Notes: generated from the letters alone by a model not told the origin. Numbered from the whole stretch's first letter, positions 21,347-34,436 are shown. The stretch: DNA of 62,764 nt, filler included, from Nemertoderma westbladi (GCA_032718475.1; 3 parts of 3 records of this genome joined end to end with filler, not necessarily neighbours in it), one strand, 5' to 3'. A program made the numbers and translations.

Positions 21347-24300
21347 TCAGTATCTTTTAGGAGGGTGAACTAGTCGACCATGAGATGTCTTATAAGGTTT
21401 GGTACTAACTAGTTTGACATCTGTAATTGATTTCGGAGTTTCAACCTTTTTCTTTAGAACAATTTTATTTGACGTAGAGGCAGAGGAGGAAGGTATGAGT
21501 GTGGACTTACTTGCTACACCCCCACGGTGAACGATTCCATCATATATTATTTCATCGCAATGGTTGGCCTCGAGTGGAATAAGGAGATGGGCAGCTCTCT
21601 TAGTTAAGAAACCAGGAGAACCAGGTTTGGAGTTCTTGAGGATGATCGCAGCTCGTGATATCCCATCACGTCCTACTAATGGATGGACTACTCGGGCTAG
21701 AGACCATTGCCCACGAGGAACAGTTTCCTTAACGAGAACAAGGTCATTAACTGAAGGTTGATGAGATGGATTCATACATTGTTTATGACGCCATACACGA
21801 AGAGATGCGAGGTATCGTTGAGACCAGGCTTTCCAAAGAACTCGACTAGTCTGATCTCGTGACAGAAGGCTTCGACGAAGACCTCCGGACGTTGATGAAG
21901 CAGCAACATCCATTTGTTGATCTAGTGGTGGTGGACTCCCATAAAGGAAATGACTAGGTGTAAGAGCATCACAATCCTCAGGATCTGTTGAGGCGGCAGT
22001 AAGTGGGCGTAGGTTAAATACGGCTTCTGCTTCACACAATATAGTAGATAAATCCTCAAAAGTGAATACTTTATGGTGAAATGTTATACGAAGACACATT
22101 TTGACCAACTTTATTAGTCTTTCCCACCAACCACCCCAATGAGGAGAACGGGCTGGAATTAGTTTCCAAGTGACAACATAATTGGGGAACTTCATAGTTG
22201 ACAGTTTAAGGAAAACTTTGGCATTATCAGATCGAAATTCGACATTAGTGAAAGGACGAACACGACGGGCCAAGAAGTTTCGAAGAGCAAGGTGAGTTGA
22301 CTTGGTATCAGCAGTCTTCACAAGTTCCAAGTGGATGGCTCTGATCGATGCACAAGTGCATATGAGACATTGGGCTTTGGAACCATCTTTTGTAAATAGA
22401 GGGCCAAAGAAGTCTATGCCTGTGACGGTGAAGGGGACAAGAGGTTTACTCCTGAAGGGTTGTAAGGCAGACTCAGGTACATTATATGGCTGAGTCCGAT
22501 ATCGACGACATGGGCGGCATTCATGAACCATCTTACGTATTATAGAACGACCATGTGGTACCCAGTACTGGGTCCTGACCTGTGCCAATGTGGCTTCAAT
22601 ACCTTGGTGCATAAGTCCGCAATGAAAGTGACTAACAATAAGTTTAGTAAGATAACTACGGCGTGGTAAAATAGGAAGTGGGTGTTCACCAGTCCTTGGC
22701 TGCATTGCAAGCAAACCTTGGTGTATAATTGGCCGTAGGTTGCAAAGAGAAGAATGTCGTGGAATTGGAGAGTTTGGTTTGACTGTAAGATGTCGCATTT
22801 CCATTGGATAATGGACGTATTGCTCAACTTTGATTAGTTGACTGAGTGAGTTTTGAATTTCTTTAGTACTCAATGAACCAGTGAGTTTGTCAAAATGACG
22901 TGCATTATGGCAGAAACGAGATACCCATGCAAGAACTCTAACTGGTTTGTCTAGGAAGGAATAATCATTGATTCTTAGAAGATTCCATTCTGATATTGGA
23001 TCTGGAACTTCTAATGTCAGTAGTTGAGGAGGTGGTGTTGGCTCAATTGGCCATGATGATTCAGGTTCATTTATGAATTCTGGACCATTTAGGTAGAGAG
23101 AATTAGACTGAAGGTTTATTAAACTACTCCCACGGGAAGGTACATCAGCGGGATTTAATTCTGAGGGTACATATCTCCATTGGTAGGTTTCAGTTATGTT
23201 ATTTATTTCAGTCACCCTGTTTAATACAAAGACGTCTCGTTTAGATGGGCCTTTACGAATCCATCCAAGCGCACACATGGAGTCACTCCATAGTATTACA
23301 CGCTTAGGGTTAATCAGGTTATTTATCTGACAGTGATCTGAGAAACGAGCTCCAAAAAGAGTTGCTACTAATTCTTTACGTGGTATGGAAAGCGTTTTCT
23401 TCAATGGAACAGCTCGAGCTTTGGCAAAGAACAAAGTAGATGAATTAAATGCAGGCTGTACAATATATGCCACAAATGCGTACGCTACGCTGGATGCATC
23501 ACAGAATATATGTAAATGACATTCTTCTGAATAGTTGACACATCGTGGAAAGTATATTCGAACTTTAGCACTAGCTATCCATGTAAGCCATTCCTGTTGG
23601 AGTTCAATTGGCAATGGTGTATCCCAACCTTTGCCGTATTTCCATGACTTCTGGAGTATTAATCGGGATTGTATTGTCCAAGGGCACAGAAGACCATTAG
23701 GGTCATAGATCTGACCCTGCGATATCAGTAGTTCTCGACGAGTGAACAGAATTGGAATTGATACATTGGAAGTGTCTATATAAATCTCATCAGTATCAAT
23801 ATTCCATGGAACTCCCAAAATCTTGGAAGGTTTTAAGACTTGACGAAGGTTCATACCTGCTAAACTAAAGATACTTATTGCTGATTGTAAAAACTCTATT
23901 GCTCTTTGTTTATTAGAATTACTATGTATCACATCATCACAATATAGTGATTTTAAAAGCTCTACAACGAATGCTGGAGGAGCTGTTGCAGTAGCATGGA
24001 ACTGCACGGTTGAATTAAGAAGGAATGAGCTAGATGATACTCCGAAAGGAGTTCTCTTGAACTGATATGAAACATTATTCCATATAAACTTTACCCATTT
24101 TCGATCGTCTGGGTGAAGTTCGATTTGGTGGTAGGCAGCTTCTATGTCAGCTACAACTACATGTTTATAAAGACGAAAACCTAGAAATACATCAACAAGT
24201 GATGCAAGAAGGTTCGGACCAGGATCTAGGCAGGAATTAAGACTGACTCCTGAAGTATCTTTAGCAGATCCATTAAAAACCACACGATATTTATTGGATT

Positions 24301-24607
24301 TTTTCACTAAATGATTTGGAAGAAAAAAACCAACGTTATAGAAAGTTGTCACAGGCTCAATTATGTCATCAGCAAGGAGCTTTAACATTTTGGATGTATA
24401 GACATCATTTTCCTCAGAGTTTAGTTTTGAAGTAAAATGCTTCTGTTGAGCAAAGATGCGATTGTAATTGGAAACAGGGCGTTGTAAACCCTTGAATGGT
24501 AACCGAACTCTATAATGAGGAGGACAATCCTCTGAGACTGTAGGAGTTGGATATGGAATATGGTCAACTTCATGTTTTCGTATATACCAACAGTTTCCAG
24601 ATCCCAA
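21347..24607 (-). CDS. pol: BEL/Pao Pol: RT, RNase H, integrase, DUF5641-like tail
   Basis: RT (YRVVFN, ADIEAAY, PFGVSSS, YCDD), RNase H (FCDASSVAY, IPRKEL, WSDS, NPAD), integrase (H..H..CRPC, GIDFFGP, SDNA, WWERL). A frameshift near 24585 links it to protease-like sequence running to the gap at 24816. Confidence 0.95.
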   Translation of the reverse strand: MGSGNCWYIRKHEVDHIPYPTPTVSEDCPPHYRVRLPFKGLQRPVSNYNRIFAQQKHFTSKLNSEENDVYTSKMLKLLADDIIEPVTTFYNVGFFLPNHLVKKSNKYRVVFNGSAKDTSGVSLNSCLDPGPNLLASLVDVFLGFRLYKHVVVADIEAAYHQIELHPDDRKWVKFIWNNVSYQFKRTPFGVSSSSFLLNSTVQFHATATAPPAFVVELLKSLYCDDVIHSNSNKQRAIEFLQSAISIFSLAGMNLRQVLKPSKILGVPWNIDTDEIYIDTSNVSIPILFTRRELLISQGQIYDPNGLLCPWTIQSRLILQKSWKYGKGWDTPLPIELQQEWLTWIASAKVRIYFPRCVNYSEECHLHIFCDASSVAYAFVAYIVQPAFNSSTLFFAKARAVPLKKTLSIPRKELVATLFGARFSDHCQINNLINPKRVILWSDSMCALGWIRKGPSKRDVFVLNRVTEINNITETYQWRYVPSELNPADVPSRGSSLINLQSNSLYLNGPEFINEPESSWPIEPTPPPQLLTLEVPDPISEWNLLRINDYSFLDKPVRVLAWVSRFCHNARHFDKLTGSLSTKEIQNSLSQLIKVEQYVHYPMEMRHLTVKPNSPIPRHSSLCNLRPIIHQGLLAMQPRTGEHPLPILPRRSYLTKLIVSHFHCGLMHQGIEATLAQVRTQYWVPHGRSIIRKMVHECRPCRRYRTQPYNVPESALQPFRSKPLVPFTVTGIDFFGPLFTKDGSKAQCLICTCASIRAIHLELVKTADTKSTHLALRNFLARRVRPFTNVEFRSDNAKVFLKLSTMKFPNYVVTWKLIPARSPHWGGWWERLIKLVKMCLRITFHHKVFTFEDLSTILCEAEAVFNLRPLTAASTDPEDCDALTPSHFLYGSPPPLDQQMDVAASSTSGGLRRSLLSRDQTSRVLWKAWSQRYLASLRVWRHKQCMNPSHQPSVNDLVLVKETVPRGQWSLARVVHPLVGRDGISRAAIILKNSKPGSPGFLTKRAAHLLIPLEANHCDEIIYDGIVHRGGVASKSTLIPSSSASTSNKIVLKKKVETPKSITDVKLVSTKPYKTSHGRLVHPPKRY

Positions 24608-24816
24608 AGTTGGGTAATATCCAGAGGTTCAGTTAAAAAGAGTGAAGGTGATACTTCATTAGGTATACAAAGGGAAGGATTTCTATAGGGACCCAAAAGG
24701 ACATGCCCGAAGAAGGTATCAATAAGTGAAGGATTATGGGTATAATTGGTATCGCCAGTAACCTTCCATAGCTGGTCCGCTCCGATAATTATAGATATGG
24801 TTCTCTCACCTCCATC

Positions 24817-24916
24817 NNNNNNNNNNNNNNNNNNNNNNNNNNNNNNNNNNNNNNNNNNNNTTAATTAATTAANNNNNNNNNNNNNNNNNNNNNNNNNNNN
24901 NNNNNNNNNNNNNNNN
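24817..24916. other. Artificial contig spacer
   Basis: N44-TTAATTAATTAA-N44; the 12-mer has stops in all six frames. Confidence 0.95.
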
Positions 24917-26667
24917 GATAAGAAGAACGCAAATGAGGTCTTCTCTTAACCAATTCTGTACCATGTGAACTGTATGACTATAATTCTTGGAAAGCAGATA
25001 AACATACAAATTAAGATCAATAACATGTACTGTAGGGCTCGCTGAACTGTAGGCCTCGCTGATCTACAGAACAGTAGGCCCTACATACAACCATTAAAGC
25101 ATATCCAACATATTATGTTTGCAAGCAAATTAAGATTTAATTACTCACATCTGTTTTCCAAAAAGCACGGAAACATACAAATGAAAATCAATAATACAGT
25201 ACATGTATACAGTAACATCAACCAGCAAAGCATATACAACTTATTAATATAATGTAGCCTTATCTATATTCAACACATTCGCGGTGCTTTCGCGCAGGAC
25301 AAAATAAGCAAGTTTAGCATTAGGGTTCAAGTATTTTAAGAGAGTTTAGTAGCTCTCTAGAGGGAGATTGGAGAACTGCTGATTCTCCCACCAAAATTAT
25401 ATTTCAGATATTGACAGACTGCTTATGAGCGAATTCTTTTAGTTCTCATTGTTTCACCTCGAAAACCACCAGTTGTGTAAATTTTAGCTGGTCGTATGTT
25501 CTATTATACAGTATGGTGACGTCCATACCAACAGACAGACAGACAACCAGACTGACTGAAAGACAGACAAGAAATCACCAAACATAAAAAAAATGGTCAT
25601 CGGAAATGAAATCACCGACCAGGTGACTATTTTAGCTATAGGTTTAGCTTTAGCTAAAGTTCTATAGTTTTAGCTTTAGCTAAAACTAATGGCTTTAGCT
25701 ATTTTACTTTAGTAACAATTTTAGCTATGCCGTGTGTTTTATTATATTTGGACGGACAAACTAACAGACAAACAGAAATTCCGACTGACAACTGGAAAGG
25801 CTGACTATATCATAGGGATCATACGTTTTCATGTTTTGCCAAACATGAAAACTGATATCGGAAATGAAATCACCGACAACGAACAAAACCCCCGTAGCGG
25901 AAATTCCAGCTGTGTCCTTCTTTAGTAACTGTCATAAATTACTATTTAAATTATTAGGCCTACTGTAGGCTTCCTACAGTACATATTGGCAATCAGATAG
26001 AGGCAGATCTTGTTTTTGCGCCACTTAAAAAGTCATTTTTTAATCAATTTGTTTGAAATTTTCAGTCAATGGTCTTGACATATTGACCAATAAATCATCT
26101 TTACAAGTTGAGTTTTGATACGATAATTTGAAAAAGTTAAAAAATTGTTTTTTGATTAAAATTACACTTCTGATAATGATTTTAAAATTCTGTCTGTTTT
26201 ATTGGTCAATATGTCTAGACCATTGACGAAAATTTCCAAAAAATGTATTAAAATCAGACAGTGGAGTATCATTTAGACTGAAAACCATAAAAATTTGAAT
26301 ACATTGTTTCCGGGAAATTAAAATTTATAATGTGTTATTTATTTTATGAGGCTATCAATAAATTATTTAATATTAAACTACCTGCAAATTAATAATTTAT
26401 AATCCTACTGTATATATACTATAAATGCACAGTTTGTTTGTGTGTTTGTACAGCTATACAGGGTGTTTTGAATTTGTGTGAGTGTGTTGAACCAGCACAC
26501 ACTCCGGACGTTGCAACACGATATTTTCCAGAAATTTACTGCATTTTTTCTTTTTAACGCCCTTTTATCGACAAAATCTACCCATAAATCTGTGCTGATT
26601 TGCTACATACCCCTAAAATGTAAAACCATTATTTGTCAACAGAGATGTTAATTAAACTCAAAAGCTA
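24917..26667. repeat. ~1.8-kb dispersed repeat, copy 1 (HINE-like composite)
   Basis: Colinear with 32384-34271; contains ACAG microsatellite remnants and a diverged ACA-CATTCGCGGTGCTTTCGCGCAGGAC end motif at 25273-25300. Confidence 0.85.
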
Positions 26668-27662
26668 TTAGATTACAGCTGTATAGATTACAATGCACAG
26701 TTAATGTTAAATTTGGCAAGCAAAGCACTTCTTGGTAGATAGGCCCTCTGCATCACTACCCCCGAGACATTCATCTGGAGTCAAGTTCTATAGTCAAAGT
26801 CAGCAAGTACAATAACAAAAGCAAGTCATACACTATGGGTGTTTGAAAAAGGTGGACTGGACACAGAAAACAATGGACAGACCAATCACGGGCGAGTTGC
26901 GTCACACAGCATGTCCACCTTTTTCAGCTTTGTTGTTTACCTTTTTCAAATTTGAAAAAGGTGTACTGTGTTGAGAAAGAACAGGCAATGAATTGACCAA
27001 TTAGATTGATTTGCTTTATTATAAAAGTTTTTCAAAAATTTACAGAAGTGTTTTTATGGATTATTGTTATTATTATATCCCATACTTACTGTGACCAATC
27101 GAGGTTGTCCAAGTAGGTCAATAATATGGGGCGAGCAACGAAGTTTGTGAGCTGAGCCTTAGCATCAATATTGTAACGTTACTATTATAACGTATTACAG
27201 TATAACGTTAATTATAATAACTATCTATTGTACTGTATGGTAAATATAATATGCTTCATTTACCGTTCGTTCTGATTGGTTGAAAAAATAAATAAACTTT
27301 CTATAATTGGTTGAAAATATAAATAAACTAAACTAAGCAGGTTTCTGATTGGTACAGGGTAGAAAAAATAAATAAACGAAATTAAGGAATTTTCGTCAAT
27401 ATAGCATACTGGTACCACACTACTTCACTATGCCTACTACAGTTAAACAGCCCGAGTAGCCTACCATGTAAACCATGTTTATGTCCATACATGGCCTACT
27501 ATATATAGTAGGCCATGGTCCATACCTCAGTCTGCAGTACCACAAAACGGCCTACAGTCTGACTGCATAATTTTGTTTTCTTTTTTTTTTCAACCAATCA
27601 GAATTAATGTAATTTAGTTTATTTATTTTTTAAACCAATCAGAATTTACAGTACCTAATTTA

Positions 27663-28767
27663 GGGATAGTTGGAAATTAAGCACACAATCAAACACAACC
27701 AAACACACCCAAACACAATCAAACACAGTCCAAATGTTAACCAATTTTGTCAAACACAGTCCAAATCGGAAAGCCAAGGTAATTCTACGTCAGTTTGTAT
27801 AAAAATTATTTTCAAAATGTCCGCACAATGCCACTATTATTGCCAATTTGTATCTCAACGCACAGCTGGACTGGTTGCTAGGCACTATTAGTGAGTGACG
27901 TCGGCCTTATATCCCTTGCACACTGTACTGTACAGCCTACTCGGTAGGGGTAGGCAGGTAGGCATATTGCAGTATTGCGATCACATACCGGCTGACCGGT
28001 GCCGGTGATGTAGTGCAGGTAGTGAGGTACCGTACCAATAATTAGTTCTTTAAATCATTGTATTTTATTCCGCTATTTGTTATGGTACCCGTAATCCAGT
28101 AGGCCTAATCTATTCTGTCTGTCTGTAGGGCTAGGCAGCTAGGGCTACTGCAGTACTACAAATTTCGATTACCGCAAATTACCGGTCAGCCGGTATGTGA
28201 TAGCAATACTGAAATACCTATGCCTTGCCTACCTCTACCAGAGGCTGTACTGTATGTACATCAGTGTACAGGGGATATAAGGCCAACGTCACTAGTTCTT
28301 TAAATCATTGTATTTTATTCCGCTATTTGTTATGGTACCCGTAATCCAGTAGGCCTAATCTATTCTGTCTGTCTGTAGGGCTAGGCAGCTAGGGCTACTG
28401 CAGTACTGCAAATTTCGATTACCGCAAATTACCGGTCAGCCGGTATGTGATAGCAATACTGAAATACCTATGCCTTGCCTACCTCTACCAGAGGCTGTAC
28501 TGTATGTACATCAGTGTACAGGGGATATAAGGCCAACGTCACTAGTGCCTAGCAACCAGTCCAGCTGTGCGTTGAGATATAAATTGGCAATAATAGTGGC
28601 ATTGTGCGGACATTTTGAAAATAATTTTTATACAAACTGACGTAGAATTACCTTGGCTTTCTGATTTGGACTGTGTTTGACAAAATTGGTTAACATTTGG
28701 ACTGTGTTTGATTGTGTTTGGGTGTGTTTGGTTGTGTTTGATTGTGTGCTTAATTTCCAACTATCCC
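27663..28767. mobile_element. Foldback/MITE with ~225-bp near-perfect TIRs, TA target duplication and internal 250-bp tandem duplication
   Basis: TA|GGGATAGTTGGAAATT ... AATTTCCAACTATCCC|TA; 28043-28292 is repeated at 28293-28542; inserted in an older CCAATCAG/TTTATTTA foldback (~27270-28860). Confidence 0.85.
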
Positions 28768-29554
28768 TAGTTTATTTATTTTTTCAAGCAATCAGAATTT
28801 ATATAATTTAGTTTATTTATTTTTTCAACCAATGATAATTTACTTAATTTAGTTTATTTTGTTTATAATATTAAGTTAATTTAAAATTATATTAAAGTAA
28901 TATAAACCAAATAAATACTATTTTATTCAAAATGGAAATATTTTGTAACTCTGTAGTAGCTGGAACATGGAAGATAATGAACGTAATGTATAATAATATA
29001 ATAATTGTTGTTTGGGTGATATTATTTTTACGGCAGGTGAGAATAAGGTGGAATTTCCATAGGACGTGTAGCATATACTGTAAGTTAGGCCCTTTAGTTT
29101 TTTTATTCAGTTATTTTTATTCATTTATTTTACATGTAAGTTAAAGTATATAATAACACTTCAAATTTAAAACATGTTACAAATTATGATAAAAACTCAA
29201 TCACCAGCTGACTGTAAAGAGGAGAGAACTTATAGGAATGGAAATTTAAAATTATTGCAGTCACAGCCACCACCACCACAACTACTAACTGTTCTGCTGT
29301 TCTGTCCGCGTTGGCCAGACGATGTTCAAAATGTCGGCCAAAGAACACTGTACCGGGCGTTTCGAGGCCGATCGCCAACCCCGAAGCGCAATAGCGAGAA
29401 GTTCAATTTTCTCCGTAACTACACCACACACTCAGACTACCTATCGCCGCGCATATCAGCTAGTTATAAACCCTTTGAACGACTGGTCTGGTACAGTTAC
29501 ACCCACCCAGTACAAGTAGATCACTACTTACTTTCATTTTGCGGATATACCAAT

Positions 29555-29875
29555 CCGGGAGAAAGATTAACCGAAAGTATAGCAGCTAAACTGTGGCTCC
29601 CCGAGTGAATGCATCGAGTGGCGTTTGAATCGGCTGGTATCCACAAACCCGGATCCACATGTGGCAGACATCCGTATCTGCTCCCCCGTATGTAAACGTT
29701 TGTGTATGGTTAGGGATCCTTGCTGAGAGAATTGTGTGAGACAGATGCTGCACTGGTAGTCTATGGTCGCTCTCCGGTGTGGATCTCTTGGTGACTGTTT
29801 AGGACGCTTTTCTGTGCGAACGCCTTTCCGTAAGTCTCACAGACTCAGCTCTGCAGTGTGGGAGGGGTTTGAGTA
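29555..29875 (-). pseudogene. Decayed C2H2 zinc-finger array (about 3-4 fingers)
   Basis: After a ttttgtgtttcag acceptor: CETYGKAFAQKSVLNSHQEIHTGERP*, frameshift, YQCSICLTQFSQQGSLTIHKRLHTGEQ, then CGSGFVDTSRFKRH; contains stops and frameshifts. Confidence 0.85.
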
Positions 29876-30122
29876 CTGAAACACAAAAAATACAAAAATA
29901 TAGTTTTGATTGAAAAAATACAAAATGTTATCCAGAGAAACGCCAGCCGAGCTGCATTAAATTGAATATATTTTTCAGTTTCCAAATTCAGATATATAGC
30001 ATTATAAGTTGAGTACAAAAGTTGTCCGAATCCACATTCAGAACGTCAGAAAGGCATGCAGCCAAATCTCCCCCTCCGCTTATCGTACTTAATGCTTAAT
30101 ACGTAATACACAGTACGTAATA

Positions 30123-32187
30123 CAGTCGGGGTCTCAAAGTGCATCTGTTCTTTGAGATTTTCTCAAAGAACTAAAAGTGTCTCAAATTTCTAAAAGTGGT
30201 CTAAGAAAATGACAAAGTGTCCTCAAAGATTTCAAAGTAGTACTGTCAGTCATTTCATACAGTCCTGCCTGAAGCTGGCTATGGTATGGGGTATATTGAC
30301 TTTGACTATAGGGTAAAATATAAGTAATAAAAACCTCTATGAAACAATAAAGATGCCTCCAAAAAATACTGCAATAATAAATATTTGTTAAAGAATTAAA
30401 CTTACTGCAGTAATAAAAAATTGTCTTTTTCTGCAGTAACAAATAATTTGTTACTGCAGTATAAATTTTTATTCAATTATTTATTAATATTGATTACTGC
30501 AGTATAAATTTTTATTCAATTATTTATTACTTTATTAATATTGATTATTGCAGTAATAAATATTTGTTACTGCAGTAATAAATATTTGTTATTGCAGTAA
30601 TAAATATTTGTTACTGCAGTAATTGTTATATGTTACTGCAGTAATTGTTATATGTTACTGCAGTAATTGTTATATGTTACTGCAGTAACTAATATTTAAT
30701 ACTACAGTATTTTTTGTAGGTATTTTTATTGTTTCATAGAGGATTTTATTAATTTATATTTGGACTCTTTAGAGACGCCATAATTGCGGGCTATCGGAAT
30801 ATGTTGGTATTTGTGTCATAGACAGTTTGTCTGTTGCCCTATCTATATTAATGTATAGTGCTAAAACTGTACTGTTTAAATTTGTTTAGCCCACGTGAAC
30901 GCCGAATACCTTTCCAATGCATTTCAATGGTCAACCAGCCATACTTTGCCGCACTGTAAATTTGGTTATACAAAGTAAAGAATAACGATAGAGGCAGGAA
31001 TAAAGATAAATGATTCAAGCGCACTAATTGGCTGTTCCCGTACATGTTTTAGGCATTGTTGGTGCGCAATGCATATGGTCAGAGCGACCGCCCAGTCTGC
31101 CAAAATCGATTATGTAATCAAATGGTACCAAAAGCCAAGCAAAGCATGTGACAGTTCTTTCCGACTCTGCACCTGTTTGTTTGAAGGTCGCCGTCCGTGG
31201 GTCGCTACTCACTAGCTGTGATTGATAGTTTAAAATTGGGTGCCGCTTTGCCAGAAGGCGGTACACATCAATTGAATATAAGGCAAACATTTAAAATATG
31301 CTCAAATATAAACGCCAGGGGCAGGGGATATTTCAACTCTATTAAGCTAAAACAACACAAGAGTGTAGCCGTTCTATCGTACTTGAAAGTCGAAAGCCTT
31401 TCTTAGTTTTTAAAAATGAATTCTCGCGCTCTCGTCAACATAGTTATCATATTAATTAAACAGTTACGGTAGTACGGTTTGACCTGAGGTGACTAATGAA
31501 ATGAATAACAAATGTTATTACAAGCTTTCTCCCAACAGGGCTTCTTTAGGTCATTATAATGAAACTGCGTATACACAGAGATACTACAGTGCAGTTTGCA
31601 GTTTCTCTTATATTAATTGTTAATCTGATATCGTATTATGTTATTAAAATAATCAATCTTGTCAAGCATTAATCTTGTTTCACTAATTATGTTTCATGTA
31701 TTATTTGAATGAATGTTTTTTAGAAAGACTTTAGGGTGCCGTAAATTAAATTTGTACTTGCGACCGAAAACCCATCCCGCAATGACCTCAGGAACCCCAA
31801 TTTGATAAATTAATGGGAATATAGCTTCTATGCAACAACTGGCCAGCACACAAGTATCACTTTGTTGCCCGCATATTGTTCCCCGAGAATGCCTCTGCCT
31901 CTCGCCCCCCGCTCAGTTAACTTACTATACGAGCTGTCAATCAGGAATACCTCAGAGTTTATTTTCTCAAAGAATTAAAAGTGCCGCAAACTAACTCAAA
32001 GTGACATTTCTCAAAGAATTCAAAGAATTCAAAGTGCCTAAAAGCAGGAAATCACTTTGAGATTCCCAACTAAAAGTGTCTACAAGAATTCAAAGCGGCC
32101 GTTGGGAGTAATGTAATGACTTTTAGACACTTTTAGAAAAACTTTGAGAAAATCTCAAAGAACAGATGCACTTTGAGACCCCGACTG
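30123..32187. mobile_element. Non-autonomous TIR element with TA target duplication (Tc1/mariner-type ends)
   Basis: TA|CAGTCGGGGTCTCAAAGTGCATCTGTTCTTTGAGATTT and its reverse complement ending at 32187|TA; internal AT-rich foldback ~30310-30765 with TTACTGCAGTAA repeats; no transposase. Confidence 0.85.
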
Positions 32188-32383
32188 TATGTTTATTTTA
32201 ATTAGGCCTACTGTTTTATTTTGTTGGTATTGATTTTTTTTATATTGTTACATTAATCGCGTTAATTTCAATTTTTAAATCTAATCTGCTGGTTTTAAAA
32301 CATTTTTAGATTGTCCTTTGCGGTGTCGTAGGCATAACATATCGCCGAAATATAGTCCCGCTACATTTTCTATGGTCGCATTT

Positions 32384-34271
32384 GATAAGAAGAACGCAAA
32401 TGAAGTCTTAACCAATATTGTACCATAAACTGTATGACTATAATTATTGGAAAGCAGATAATCCTACAAACTAAGATCAATAACATGTTCTGTAGGCCTC
32501 GCTTATTACGCGGTGCTTTCGCGCAGGACGAAAATCAATAATACATGTATACAGTATACTATATACTACTGTACAGTATACAGTATATCAAACTTATTAA
32601 TATAATGTAGCAAAATATTCAACACATTCGCGGTGCTTTCGCGCAGGACGAAAATCAATAATACACGTATACAGTATATACCACTGTATATATATATATC
32701 AAACTTATTAATATAATGTAGCAAAATATTCAACACATTCGCGGTGCTTTCGCGCAGGACGAATCAAACAAGTTTAACATTAGGGTACAACTATTAAGAG
32801 TTTAGTAGCTCTCTAGAGGGAGATTGGAGAACTGCTGAGTCCCCCACTGAAATTCGATATCAAATTTTGACAGATAACTAAGTTTGGTTTAGGGGTAATG
32901 GGACAAAAAATTCAAAAACTCTTTTTGTTTGATTCTTGTGCAGAATTTTATGGGGGAATTCAAATTGGAAGTTTTTACTTCTCATTTTTTCACCTCTAAA
33001 ACCAGAATTGTGAAAATTTTAGCTGGGTCGTATGTTCTATTATATATGTTGACGTCCATACCAACAGACAGACAGACAGCCAGACTGACTAATGGACAGA
33101 CACGATATCACCAAACATTAAAATTGTCATCGGAAATGAAATCACCGACCAGGAAAACGCCATAGGACAATATTAGCTTTGTCGTGTGTTTATTATATTT
33201 GGACGGATAAAACAACAGACAAACAGATATTCCGACTGACAACTGGAAAGGCAGACTATATCAATAGGATCATACGTTTTCATGTTTTGCCAAACATGAA
33301 AACTGATATCAGAAATGAAATCAGCGACCACGAACAAAACCCCCGTAGTGGAAATTCCACTACAGTCCAGTGTCTTTCTTTCTACAGTACATATTGGCAA
33401 AATTAATATTTAAATTATTTAGGTCTACTGTAGGCTTCCTACAGTACATATTGGCAAAATTAATATTTAAATTATTAGGCCTACTGTTGGCTTCCTACAG
33501 TACATATTGGCAAAATTAATATTTAAATTATTAGGCCTACTGTAGGCTACCTACAGTACATATTGGCAATCAGATAGAGGAAGATCTTGTTTTTGCGCCA
33601 CTTAAAAAGTCATTTTTTAATCAATTTGTTTGACATTTTCATACAATGGTCTTGACATATTGACCAATAAATCATCTTTACAAGTTGAGTTTTGGATACG
33701 ATAATTTGAAAAAGTTAAAAAATTGATTTTTTGATTAAAATTACACTTCTGATAATGATTTTAAAATTCTGTCTGTTTTATAGGTCAATATGTCTAGACT
33801 ATTGACCGAAAATTTCCAAAAAAATGTATTAAAACCAGACAGTGGAGTATCATTTAGACTAAAAACCATAAAAATTTGAAAACATTGTTTCCGGGAAATT
33901 CAAATTTATAATGTGTTATTTATTTTATGAGGCTATCAATAAATTATTTAATATTAAACTACCTGCAAATTAATACTTTATAATCCTACAGTATATATAT
34001 AAAAATACTCAGTTTGTTTGTGTGTTTGTACAGCTACAGGGGGTTTTGAATTGTGTGTGAGTGTGTTGAACCAGCACACCTCCGGACGTTGCAACACGAT
34101 ATTTTCCAGAAATGTTGTATGTTCCAGAAATGCTGCATTTCGTTATTTTTAACGCCCTTTTATCGACAAAATCTACCCATCAATTGCCAAAATCTGTGCT
34201 GATTTGCTACATACCCCTAAAATGTAAAACCATTATTTGTCGACAGAGATGTTAATTAAACTCAACAGCTA
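32384..34271. repeat. ~1.8-kb dispersed repeat, copy 2
   Basis: Colinear with 24917-26667; extra internal tandem duplications repeat the end motif at ~32509, 32622 and 32733; ends at a TA where a CAGTCCCGCTCTCAAA element begins. Confidence 0.85.
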
Positions 34272-34436
34272 CAGTCCCGCTCTCAAAAAGCATTCCTTTG
34301 ATCAAACATTGATCAAACTTTGATCAAACATTGATCAAACTTTGATCAAACATTGATCAAAGTTTGATCAAAATGTGTCCATATAATATCATTGAAAGTA
34401 GCATTGACATTGAAATGACATTGATGGCATATTGAA

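Noticed and set aside
16008-24607. A single element with gag and pol on opposite strands
   Set aside because: The intervening LTR with its own PPT, and both ORFs having their own protease/pre-RT region, show two nested elements.
24861-24872. TTAATTAATTAA inside the N runs as a biological motif
   Set aside because: Identical construct in both gaps; an assembly or concatenation linker.
29174-29608. 144-aa plus-strand ORF
   Set aside because: No recognisable motif or splice support; partly antisense to the zinc-finger relic.
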